Shown: one piece after another, positions 25,001-36,644 of the stretch
Layout: the number at the start of each line of letters is the position of its first letter
How positions within the stretch are numbered: position 1 is the stretch's first letter
Assembly: GCA_030295235.1 (NCBI GenBank)
Contig: AP026173.1
Location: 186,001 to 250,000 of the forward strand
Direction: 5' to 3'
Origin: Fistulifera solaris
Taxonomy: Eukaryota
DNA length: 64,000 nucleotides
Program-made: the position numbers and the translations under genes
Notes under the pieces: generated by a model
The model's database searches: none
What the model saw: only the letters and a program-made list of their open reading frames with translations
What the model was told of the DNA's origin: nothing

Positions 25001-28000
25001 CCATAGAAGTAACATTTCTTTGTGCTGTTGGTGTCACCAAAGTTAAAACCCTCTATTTGGATTGTAATTCCACCTTCGTCAATAGCGTCGTTTGGTGCAA
25101 CCAATTCGATGTAGGGCAACGAGAGACATGCCGGTCCGAAGTACCCCGGTGAGCACTGGCGACACATGTCCCCTGCAAAGTTGTGAGGGCACTCACAGCA
25201 AGCTTTGCTGCCGCGACGCACTGCAGCTGCCACCGTTGTAACAGATAGGGCATTCAACACATTTCTCTCCAATCTGCTTGTAGTTTGGAACACATTCATC
25301 GCAGCACTCTCCTGTATACCCAACAGTACAAGAGCAAACATTTGGCAAAGCGCAGAAACCATTGCCGTTGCACGAGTTGCACACGTTGCATTTAGCCACC
25401 GAGCATGATTCCCCAAGCCAATCGTCATCGCAACTGCATACATCAAAATCTAAACACTGACCATGACCGTTGCAGAATCCAAGACTCTGGCATGTTGGTG
25501 TTCCACAAGCCGGTCCACCCCATCCTTCCTCACAGATGCAGTAGTCAGGAAAAACACAAAACGCCTTGATTCGAACAATTAAGATCACATATAGGAGTAT
25601 AGTTCGAAGGGAGAAATGGAACTATAGTGATTTGCGGGAGACTTGGGTCTTCATCATCGCCGTGGATGCGATTGTCAATTACAGCCTCTGAGAGATCGGT
25701 TGGCAAAGTAAAGCGATTGTTGGTTGCATTGACCACCATGTCTGCAGGAAAGGCTCCACTGAAACCAAAAGTTGTTATTTCCAATCGTGACGACGGATAG
25801 TCATCAAAGTCATTGCCTTCGATATTCCATGTCGACAGTCCATTCGAGGCCAAAGAAAGGACAGCCCTTTCACCTGACGTTGAAAGCTTGGCTTGATTCT
25901 TTCTGAAAATGTTACCATGAATTCTAGCATACGGTTGGTGATTCCTATATAAGGCCAAATGAATGATATTGTCCCCTTCATTGCTCTCAACAAGGTTACC
26001 TTCAAAAGCAATTGATCTGAAAGAATGTAGGGTTACAATGTTACAACTGGGGCAGGAGTTTGACAGGAACCGGCTGGGCAAAAAAGAGGCAGCGAACATT
26101 AGAAGCAGCCAAGGATGGGAACAGAGTCAGCCGAAGTACACGCACCATAATGATACTGATATTTTTTCATTTTGAGATGAACTGGTAACAAACAAAGCCG
26201 AACGTAGATCAATAAAATTAACTCCAGCAATGTAGATACCAAGGTTCGACCCCCATCAATTCTCAATCCGTTGTTATTGGAGTTGGAAATTGAGCTGCAG
26301 AGCAAGAGACGAGACAGACCACGTGAGTTGGTACATGGACTGTCCATACAGTTTAGTCCCACTTTAAAAGCACGAGTGCATTTACCTGTCAGAGATATTG
26401 AAAAAATTGCTTCCGCCCTTGGAGTAAATCTGTGTCCCGGTTGGATCTTTTTCAAAATTCGCCACAAAATGCGAACCTGAAATCTTTACGCTTTTCGCCT
26501 TTGTTTACCAAAAGTCCTTCTTGTGCTGAGAAGGTGATGTTTGTGTCTTGGATTACCACAGACTGCGCATTGAAAGAGGAGTCAACATAGACTCCACGGC
26601 GTTTACTCCTCTCAATTACTGAATCCCGAATGAGAAAATCACCGGGAGCATCGTAAGCGTAGACACCGTCGGAGCCCGATCCCTCGATCAACCCACTATT
26701 AATCATCACTCCCACACGTTCAAGGTAAACAGCAGCTGGCATAGAAGCATATCCTCCATTGACAAGGATGAAGTGCCTCAGAACAGACCCATCGGTGTAT
26801 TCGGCTTCCTGCGATGTCACTGCCTTCCGCACCAGGACCGAACCAGATCCCACCCCATTCGCTCGATGATGGAATTTCGGAATCACCGTGCAGCATTCAA
26901 AAGTCGATCTGTAGAAGACAGGAGTACTGGATGGGTAGTATTGCCCAGAACACGAAACTCTCCTTCAGTGATACTGAATGATCACTGACGGACCGAAGAG
27001 AATCCTGACTCCAGCTTCAAAATAAGGACAGCATCCGGATGCTGAAGAACGATTGAGCGAGGTGCGTAGTACAAGCCAGCTTCTACCAAAATGGTGACTG
27101 CTTCGAAGACCGTCCCACTGATCGTTCGTCCCACCGTATCCACGATTGAACCCATGGGAGGCGAATTAATTTTGGCGCTCAAGGTTTCATCCACATAAAT
27201 CCCTGAATAAAAAACAGAAGCAAGTGTAGCTTGACTCAAGCTGTCAAATGTCTTTTCTTTTAACTCCTCAAAGCTTGTTGTGCCCCAGTAGTTGGAACCT
27301 ATCGTATATATACCACCATCAACATCTTGGAACTTCGTCGACACACTGACAAAAAAACTTCAAGGCCGCTCCGTTTGTAAGGATGTTCTCCGTTAATGCA
27401 AGAGAAGTATCTGTATTTCCTCGGAGGAAAATCGCACTGTATCCAGAGCAGTTATCAAAACGATTGAATGACGCTTGGGAAGTCTGGGAGTCGACGCTCA
27501 ATAAGCCGTAGGGCGACTCCACATTAACACTCGAAATTAGGTTTCCAGTCACATTTAAAGTGGATACTCGAAGTCTGAGGCAATCTAGACGGCAAGAAAA
27601 AGAATCAAAGGTGTTGTTGCGAAGTACAAGCGAGCGACTGGTGACATCGAGCGCAAAATTGGTAGTGGCACCACTCTCGCCCACGATGCGGTTACCAATC
27701 ATTTTGAAACTACCGGTACCTCCTTGATTCACATAGATAAGGGAGTTCGGGTTTCCCTTGAAGTTGATCAAGTTGTCGTGCCATTCAACCAAAAGAGAGC
27801 CTCTATAGTGGCCATGCGCATAGAATACGTGATAATAAAGATTCGGGACCTCAAATCTGCAACCTTTCATCGCCAAAGGACCCACATTATAACCAGCGTG
27901 CAGCGGATACCCGTAATAAATCCCCGGTAGCAGAGTCGCATCGAACACCACTGCTTCCACAAGAGACGTTCCCCGAATTATCGAGGTCAAGCCCTCTCAT

Positions 28001-31000
28001 ATATTGATACTTCGGTCGCATTTCGACATTCGTGACAACTAGATTCACAGCGTCTTGACTGTAGACAAACGATCTCCCTTCGCTCGACATAAAGCCATTC
28101 TTAACAGTGACGTTCCCACTCCCCTGCATACGGATAATTGCTGGACCATTAGATTTTGATGTGTCAACGAAATTAAAGCCATCAAGAGAGAAACTTTTAT
28201 CCGCCGCAAGGAATAGATGGAGCCCACCTCCGCTGCAATCAAGCATAGTGATATTGCGGAAAAACGCAGCCTGTTTGATCAATATTGGGCTCGCTGTACC
28301 TGATAAGTTAACATGTTCTAGAAAAACACTGCCTGCCATAGAAGCCACTTCAATACCGCCCCATCGGGTCCCAGATGCCTTGAAGAACACAGGTTTTTCC
28401 GGTTTCCGACATTCGTGACAACTAGATTCACAGCGTCTTGACTGTAGACAAACGATCTCCCCTTCGCTCGACATAAAGCCATTCTTAACAGTGACGTTCC
28501 CACTCCCCTGCATACGGATAATTGCTGGACCATTAGATTTTGATGTGTCAACGAAATTAAAGCCATCAAGAGAGAAACTTTTATCCGCTTCGCAAGGAAT
28601 AGATGGAGCCCACCTCCGCTGCAATCAAGCATAGTGATATTGCGGAAAAACGCAGCCTGTTTGATCAATATTGGGCTCGCTGTACCTGATAAGTTAACAT
28701 GTTCTAGAAAAACACTGCCTGCCATAGAAGCCACTTCAATACCGCCCCATCGGGTCCCAGATGCCTTGAAGAACACAGGTTTTTCCGGTAACCCTTTGCT
28801 ATGAGCGAACCCTTATCCACCAACAGACTTGATCCCGGATCCATCCAGATCAACACACCTGGTTCTAACACAAGTTTTCCATCAATCAGAAGCGACCCTT
28901 GTGACGTGTAATTACCCTCAGACAGAGTTAAGTTCATATTGTGTTCCAGGCGACCGCTCAAAACGTTTCCGTTCGGAAGAAATGGGATCGTTCGCGTTTA
29001 CTGCTTCTCCCGATGCATTGGGTGTCAGCAAGTATGGACTGAAGATAAGTTCGGAGTACCGAGTTTCGTCAAGCCCATCAAAAATACGCTCAATCACCTC
29101 CAAAGGATCAGGAGAGCCCCAGTAAGACATGGAAGCATCAATCTTAGGGCGTTTCTGATGCGGACTCCAACACTTGAACATAGTATTGCGCCGTATCATT
29201 TCGGAAGGGCGTTGTAAAGATGTTACCGGATAAAGTTGTTTCTCGTGATGGCCACTGCCGAATCACAATCAGGGCAGGGTTTGCCGTGGATGTTGCTCTA
29301 AGGTTCTCCGCGAAGACGCCTTGAATATTGGTAGCACTATAGTCAGTTCTGTACGAAACATCCATCACGATTTGGGCAGAAATGTTGCTGAAAACATTTC
29401 CGATGCTTCAAGACCGAAGGGACTTTTAGCATCATAGGAAAGGCGCATCGCAGCCCCATAGAGAATATCCCAGTTGTGAAGTTGGTTGTTTTGGACATAT
29501 ATTTGGTTACAGTTCTCACAATCCAAATTGAGAGCGTAGGAACTAGTGCGAACCACGTTATCTCCGTTAAAAACGTTGCCCTTCACCGAGGCAGAGCAGC
29601 CGTTGGTGCAATCCAGGTTCAAGCCACCATTCGTCCCTCTGAAGCTGTTGTTTAAAATCTCGTAGTAGATGGACTGGTGCAAGCCGTTGAGGTGGATGGC
29701 GTGAATTTGTTGTTCCCTCAAAATGAGAATCAACCACGTTCACACTTTTGACGTATTGACCCGTGTATACCCCCTTGCCGCCTGAAACAGCAATTGTCGA
29801 AAGCGATACAACTGAACGCCCTATCAATTCGGATGGCTTGACCCCCACAGGCTTCAAAATTGCTCAAATAGACACTGAAATCGTTGCCCTCAATGTTCCA
29901 GGAGCTCAATCCCCGGGAAACGATGCAATCGCCTTGAGTGCCGTTGACTCGGATCGAATTTAACTCCAACGCGCCTGAACCAGTATGCTCAATGCCAACA
30001 ATAGCGCCATCAATATTAAAATGCGAACAATTCATTGGAATTGCCGACTTGAACAGCAAACCCCTCCACCAAGTGCCATCCAGGGGCCGGAGGAAGATAG
30101 GAGAATTCTCCATGCCCGAGGCAACGAGGCTGCCGTGTACCACAATACCACGTGAGGGAGCAAAATTTATTATGGTGTCTGGACTCAACTCTAGAGTGGC
30201 ATTGTCGAGCACAATGAGCGACAAGCTGCAATTGTACTCTGAAGACGGCAAAACAAAGGTACCGTTCCAAACTACACCGCCAAGCGAACCGTCTGGAAGG
30301 ATCGGACCTGGTAGCTGCACATCAATAAGCGGGCCGTTGACAAGGGGATCTAATAGAATCGTCTTGAGCATGAAGACAGCGTGAATTGGCGTTTTCAGGC
30401 CGTCCTTCACTGTGGTGCGGACACCCTGCAAATCATCCTGGAATACACCCCAGTAGTTTGCTGGAAGGTCGACCATGTTGCTCGTCGTGAAACCACTCTG
30501 AAGAGTTTGGAGATTGACGGAAACCGAAGCAGTCGTGTTGATAAACAGATTCTGTTTGATAGGCGAGAATGGGTAGGTATGCAATTGCAGCAGCTCGACA
30601 GCAACACTGTTAATAACTGCATTCTTTTCAAACACGGTTGACCCAGTCAAATAGTTGCTACTACCTTGAAGATAAATCAAGACGTTACCAGCAGTACACT
30701 GTCTGACAATATTTCCAGCGAGCCTCCAAGAATTGTCCGTATCGCACCGACAAGTGCAGAATTGCGTAGCCTGTCGAGGACGACGGCGAATCTTCAACGG
30801 TATTGTTGTAGACGACTAGGTCGCCGGGCGTGACACCCGGTGCCTTGAACCCAGATCCCACCGGATAAACTTTTGATAACCGTGTTGTCGGAAACAGAGA
30901 TATTCATGCATTGCCACTGGAGATCAAGATGCAACCGACCGTTGTAAAGGTGTTACGATCGATGGCGCTCCCTCGTAGCCGTCTTTGGACCATCGTATTG

Positions 31001-32131
31001 AAAGGCGATTGAACTGGACGACGGCCGGGCAATCACTACATTGTCAGTAAACGAGAGCGGCTGATGGTTCACTCCAGATGAGCCAATGTATTGAGTATAA
31101 ACCGCAGTTGCTTGGCCATTATTCGGTATTTCGACATTGTTGCGAGTAAAAAAAACTTCGGAAATATAGTAAAGATACACTTGACCAAGAACGCGACAGT
31201 CTTGGACGGTCAGGCGGAACAGCCCTCGAACTTGAACCGCATCAGATACTGTCGGCATAATATCAACGTTATCCATCAAGACAATGCCACTGTTCTGGTT
31301 TTCGCCCGGACATAAATACCTGCCCTTAAAACGAAAGTACTGTTGACTGATTCTTTCATGATCTTCAAGTACTTTGCCACAAAGAACCCGCTAAGCTTTT
31401 CAACCTTAACAACATGGCGTCCGGTGTTTGAGGAATAGCACTCAATCAAGTTGACTGCGTTGATGAATGGAGTCTTTCCGTGCGTAAAGTCCATAGCATA
31501 CTTGGAACTCGATCCTGCTCTTACAATATCCACGCATTCGCATGATGCTTCCAGGAGACGAAGTTTAAGTCGCTGCCTCCTACCTCTGAGAATACCGCAG
31601 CATTTGCAGAGGACCAAAACTCAATACCTTGCCAATTGAAGGACGGATTTGCAGGCTTGAGCACTACAGCGGTTGTTGAAATCTCCGGAGATGAGGAGCG
31701 TACCACCAGAGTTGATGATTCCAGAACTCGAGTCCTGAAAAATAACGTGAGTCCCAGGTTGAATCACAAGTGTCCCACTACTTTGAATGTCGACAACTCC
31801 AGTGATATTAACGGGGCTGTCATCAGCTTTCCAGGTTACAGGACTGTCTACCACATAAGGACCTTGGATCTCGAGAGCACCGGCCGTAAGAGTCGTCAAC
31901 AAAAGTACATAGGTCGTTAGCGACCGACGGCGATTTCGTTCGCGACTCTTTGCCTGCTTCTTCCACGAAAGATTTTTCTCATGTTTTTTTGGCTTCCGGA
32001 GGTAAAGAGAGCGCAAGGCAGAGCGCCACCAAGACGCAAAAGACGATTTTTGTTTCAGTTTTTTCATGACGGAGGATTTCAACAAGTTTCTTCTTTTGCG
32101 GTGCGGCTGTTTTTAAGTTTTGAATTTCCAT
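19015..32131 (-). CDS. Giant (~4,000+ aa) secreted or surface mosaic protein: repeated parallel beta-helix modules, EGF-like repeats, IPT/Ig-like domains, FN3, Cys-rich repeat; heavily broken by indels
   Basis: Continuous chain of same-strand ORF fragments. N-terminal hydrophobic segment (IVFCVLVALCLALSL). Beta-helix modules (SPVNITGVVDIQSSGTLVIQPG ... NYWG). EGF repeats (CICEEGWGGPAC, CNGHGQC, CSCTVGYTGECC) at 24760-25600. PPLGMVIDSSTGKLSW Ig-like segment. CATVRVRIEKELTLTRTGFEA and ADDPFTTAVEP segments. FN3 (PVTNLRITASTNNSLSVAW). CGNSIVDVGEECDEG. GT-AG introns, e.g. 20577-20640 and ~26183-26240. Confidence 0.8.
28024..28789. repeat. Near-perfect tandem duplication, unit ~383-386 bp, inside the giant gene
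   Basis: cgacattcgtgacaactagattcacagcg starts at 28024 and again at 28407. The copies end at caggtttttccggt (28403 and 28789) and differ almost only by small indels. Confidence 0.95.
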
Positions 32132-33987
32132 ATCACAGCGGTATTCATATCCCTTAGGTGTCTTAATAAATTTTTTTCGTGTGGCCGTGCCCCTGCTTCT
32201 TGGGACAGCAGTCAGCAACGAGGGGTGGATCAAGAGAAACGACTGATGAATAAAAGCAAAGACGTAAATGAGTTTCGAGTGAAAAACTAAGGTTACCGAA
32301 AAACTAAACCCATCCGAGTAGATGGCCTCGGGCGCTGACCTTCTTGAGTGAGTGAGCGTCGAAGACAATCGCATTTTGAACGGTAGAAACACAGAAGACG
32401 ACTTCCAACGCAACCAACCTACAGCCAATGGTTATCGACGGAACTTACACTGCTTTTTGTCTTTAAAGTCAGCGCCTCTTTCCAGTGCAACCAACCTCAC
32501 CAAGCCGATCCTCTTCTGAGATCTGAAGAAAGCGGCGATAACGTAAAGGAAGCCGACCACGAGGCACGCAGGGAAGGAGAAGAAAGAATTATTTTGAGAG
32601 CAGAGGCAGTGGCATTAGTCAAGGGTTTGTCGTTCATATGCTGCCAGCTGCAAGCTATTTGGCGGTGGTCGTTACCATTATATAGAGAAACAACAGCTGA
32701 AAGGGCCGTTACTCATATATAAACAAACAACAGCAAAAACGTGCACCGTGTTTTCTTCGACATGTGAGGGACGTAAAAAGATTGCTTTACCAGTTCGATG
32801 GGGGCCACAAGCTCCTTTTTGAACTCGACGACGGGCGACATTGAGACAGACTGCACAAACATGATGCCAACGAGTAAAATAAAGGCCTCTTTCATCCTTG
32901 TCGTTGTTTCCGGTTTTGTTGTTTCTATCCTTCTTCTTTTTCTTTTTCTTCGTCTTCTGAACGTTTACGAGCAGATTACAGCTGGTTGCGGATAGTAATG
33001 GTTTGCAGGCTTTTAAATACGAAGCTCTGCCAATCCTCCTTTACGTGGTAATCTTTCATCGCAAAAACAAAACCGTTTGTGCATAGAGTGGGTCGGCCGG
33101 AGGACAAGGAACGGTGATGCTTATTCGTACTGTTTACTTGTACTGTACAAGGTTTGCACCATTTTATTCGTTTTTTACGATGTCGTATTCCGAATTTCTA
33201 AAAGTCATAGTGCCGATTTGAATGATTCATTTCACCTGTTCATCATGCCACAAATAAGTCCAAACCATAGCTTTGTACCTTCTGACTTCTGACCTTCTGC
33301 CTATATTGCCTCTCTCTCGTTCTCTCACCGGCTCACCGGTTACTACTATTGGACACTCTGGTTCAGGCTAAATTTATAATTATTGCAACATTGCTTACTT
33401 TTTTATGTGGAAAAGGAGAAGCCCTCTCGAGAGACTACAGTATAGAGTAGTCTAAGCAAATGAAGCGCAAATCTCACTTGATGCTTTATGGACAGAAAAC
33501 ATGAGTAAATAGTAAATAATGGTAAAGACTGATGAAGACTAAAGACTAAAGACACCAAAAATTGCGCCGGCCAGACGCCAGATCTCGCAGATCTCCCCTC
33601 TCCACCATTTCGATGGAACAACCAACCAACCCATTGAAATGCAACAAAACGAGTACAAACACCCCTTACAAACCTATAATGTTTTGCTTTTCATAAAACG
33701 TACATGGTCTAAAAGCTGTAATTGACCCGTCACAACGGTGCAAAAACTGCTAATGGCTGCAAATCCGTAGATACACGACCGGCAGAATGTGAAATCACAA
33801 TATGAGGCCAGAAATAGATCTTTGAACTCAATTTGCAACGAGTTCCTCGCTGATTTTTACCTGTTAGTCTTTCTGAGTTCCGTCCCTTTTGCTCGCTTGG
33901 TTTACTTTGGACCATAAGCAGCTATGGCAAGGCGTGTTGCCCATCCAATCGATACACATTTAAAAACTGAACCGTCGAGAATGGCTA

Positions 33988-34586
33988 GGATCGGAAATGG
34001 TTTGTTCCTTCCGCGACGGTGGAAGATGGTATTCTGAGCGATGCTCAAGAATTACTGTATTTACTTTGCGAAATTGGATCCGGTATTCTTCTGTACGATG
34101 CCATTTTCTTCGGATTGCATTGGGGTATGCATGCCATTCCGTGTTTCCGGAAGTTTCATCATCGTCATCATGCCGAGACACATATTGAAGCGCGCGATGT
34201 ACTGCGGCATTCGCTTCTGGATGGAGGTTTACAGGTTCTGGTCAACATTCTGGTGCAGAGGCACACACCTTGGGGCGTGGCGAAATCCCGATTGGCACGG
34301 TTGGGTCACAACGTGATAGTCATTTGGATGTTGACCGAGTCGCATACATCTTCGCCGTATCCGTATCTATGGCGTCGATGGTTCGTGGGGGTACGCGAAC
34401 ATGTTCATCACCACGCAGCGAAAGGAGATGATGCAAAGACAATGAATGGACGGTGTCATCGTTATCAGCAGTTCTTCGGGTATTTGGATGATCTTCGAAT
34501 GTGGCTAGGTCGGCGAGAGTGCAGGTCGACGATCAAGTAAAGAAACATGTCATAATGATAGAAAATGTACGATTATTTCGTTATAA
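33988..34586 (+). pseudogene. 5'-truncated copy of the fatty acid hydroxylase-family gene
   Basis: ORF 34019-34540 matches the C-terminal ~170 aa of 18087-18866. No ATG, and the N-terminal ~70 codons are absent upstream. Confidence 0.85.
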
Positions 34587-34729
34587 GATATACGAAGAAG
34601 CTGTTTGAAAATCATTACAAACGAGTACGCACGAAGCGAACTCCGTTCAATCGACGCTTCGCAGAATGTACAAGAGTTGAAAAGGTGCCATGAGGTTACA
34701 AGGGGTCCTTTTCGTTGAAACAAAAATCA

Positions 34730-35227
34730 TCAAACGGAGTCGATGCATATGTTGGACAAAAACTCATCGAGACTCCGATTCGAGACTTTCAACTCGTCAA
34801 TTTTCCGTCTAAATGCAGGGTCGCTTTGATGGAAATGACTCGATTGCATGAATGATCTTTCCAGAGTTAAAGAAGCCGACGGCAAAGATCGATGCGTATC
34901 GGACAAATCTTTGAATATGGATCGACACCGTACCAGCCGGCGCTGATTTTGCATTTGCTGGTGAGACTGAAAGAGAGCAGACTTCAAGTCGATGCAAGGA
35001 GCTCCACTGGTGACAGAAGAATCGTCGGAACTAAAACTCCATTCGATACTAGGGAAGTCTATCGCGTCTTGTACGTTGCTTTCATCATGTTTTCCAAATG
35101 CGAGTGAAGATCCAGATCGCCGACGCTTCCTGTCCGATGTGGGCTGATCCCAAAGTAATAAAGCCGCCTCTAAAGCCAACGTTGCTGGTTGGTTACTCGT
35201 GCTCCCTATATTGCTATCTCCTCTCAT
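34730..35227 (-). CDS. Small hypothetical protein (FPxIxW / VRxxS..DLS motif family)
   Basis: 165-aa ATG ORF with a basic NLS-like RKRRR. Shares motifs with 36279-36644. Confidence 0.6.
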   Translation of the reverse strand: MRGDSNIGSTSNQPATLALEAALLLWDQPTSDRKRRRSGSSLAFGKHDESNVQDAIDFPSIEWSFSSDDSSVTSGAPCIDLKSALFQSHQQMQNQRRLVRCRSIFKDLSDTHRSLPSASLTLERSFMQSSHFHQSDPAFRRKIDELKVSNRSLDEFLSNICIDSV

Positions 35228-36278
35228 GACAGCTTGTTGTTTGCTAAAAGAAAAGAGAATTCCCGGTCGCCCGAACGCTTTATTGCAGCAATCCGATGCG
35301 ATAAACGCGGTAGTTCCACTCTTTCGTCTCTCATCTGTCTCTCATTGCCTTCCCATGCCACATCGATCTTGATGGATGAAAAAGTGCGGCTTTCACCTCA
35401 ATCCGAATGGTAACCTGACGTGTTGCGCATCGAATCGATTCTTTTAAGAAACTGCACCGTCAAGAACGAGTTCGGTACTACACTCCAGATGACCACGCAT
35501 GTCGAAGAATGTCGGTCGAACACGAAGAAGAAATAGCTGGCAGCTGCAGGACTTGCGTTTGTTGCCAACTCAGTTTCCCAGAGGTGAAACGGCGTTAAAA
35601 TTCTGCGTCTTCGTAGCCCGTACGTAGAATTTTATACCGGAGGCAGAATTTTAACGTCCTTATGTATCTGATAAACACAAAGTACCAGGTAGACTACGGT
35701 AAATAAATAAACGAAGAACAGTGGTGTCCAATAAGAAGTAGGGAAGAGATGTGCCTCCGATCTCCGATTTTTCTACTCTCGCACGACGGACGTGGGACGT
35801 GGCGCATGGCGCGAAACCGAGTTATGGTAGCTACAATAAGGTTAGAACTTGTTCCATTCGTATTCGTGCTAGGTCGCTCTACGGCGACAAAAACAAAATC
35901 GACAGCCGCACAACCCAAGAGCGACCCAAGAAGAAAATCCTTTAAATCAACCTGAAACACAGATATTGGTAAACATCGCTGAGGCTCTGTTTTTATTGCT
36001 TCCCATCTGCATTCCGCTTTACTCGCGACAATTTACGTCGCTCTCCAACTTTGGTTGCATTTCCTGTTGTCGTTTATAGCCACATCATTGAGGCACCTGG
36101 TTTCGCAGAAGGCTTTAATAAAATCAAGGCTTTACTTTATGAGTGTTGAGGCTAAATTCTATTAACAATATTTACAAGGTCGTCCGCCAATTGTGTACAA
36201 AGGTCCTCTGTATTAACAAGAGAACCACAACGGCGAAGTGGTCCACAGCCTCTCCTTTGTTCAATAATTAATAATAAT

Positions 36279-36644
36279 TTACATGACCGACGTGATAGGA
36301 ACAATAGAGTAGTGATGGGTCAATTGAGAAAGGTCTCTGTACATGGACTTCGAGCGTACCATTCCAGTGCGAGTCGTTTTCCTCCGCTTGGAAGGAGACA
36401 TAATACGTTTTATCGAAGACAAATCCGATGTGTAATCAGATTCGTCATTATCCCAAGAGATCTCGGGAAAGTTCCAAGCGTGCTTTTTGGGTTTTTGCAT
36501 CAGATCTATCGAATCCGATGACATGAAAGCCTGGAACAAGGTGAAGCTATTGCCGCTGTTCTGCCTGTATCTCTGCAAGCGCTTTGCTGGCCTCCTGGAC
36601 AGGTGCGTCGCACCATGATGTCCAAATGCTGTGGCATGATCCAT
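36279..36644 (-). CDS. Small hypothetical protein (FPxIxW / VRxxS..DLS motif family)
   Basis: ORF from MDHATAFG with WNFPEISW, SKRRK and GMVRSKSMYRDLS. Confidence 0.6.
   Translation of the reverse strand: MDHATAFGHHGATHLSRRPAKRLQRYRQNSGNSFTLFQAFMSSDSIDLMQKPKKHAWNFPEISWDNDESDYTSDLSSIKRIMSPSKRRKTTRTGMVRSKSMYRDLSQLTHHYSIVPITSVM

Noticed and set aside
32420..32895. Short minus-strand hydrophobic ORFs upstream of the giant gene
   Set aside because: They could be 5' exons or a small gene, but I could not build a consistent spliced model.
18912..33988. The inserted block as a transposon or endogenous virus
   Set aside because: No transposase, integrase, RT, capsid or terminal inverted repeats were recognised, and the cargo gene has spliceosomal introns.
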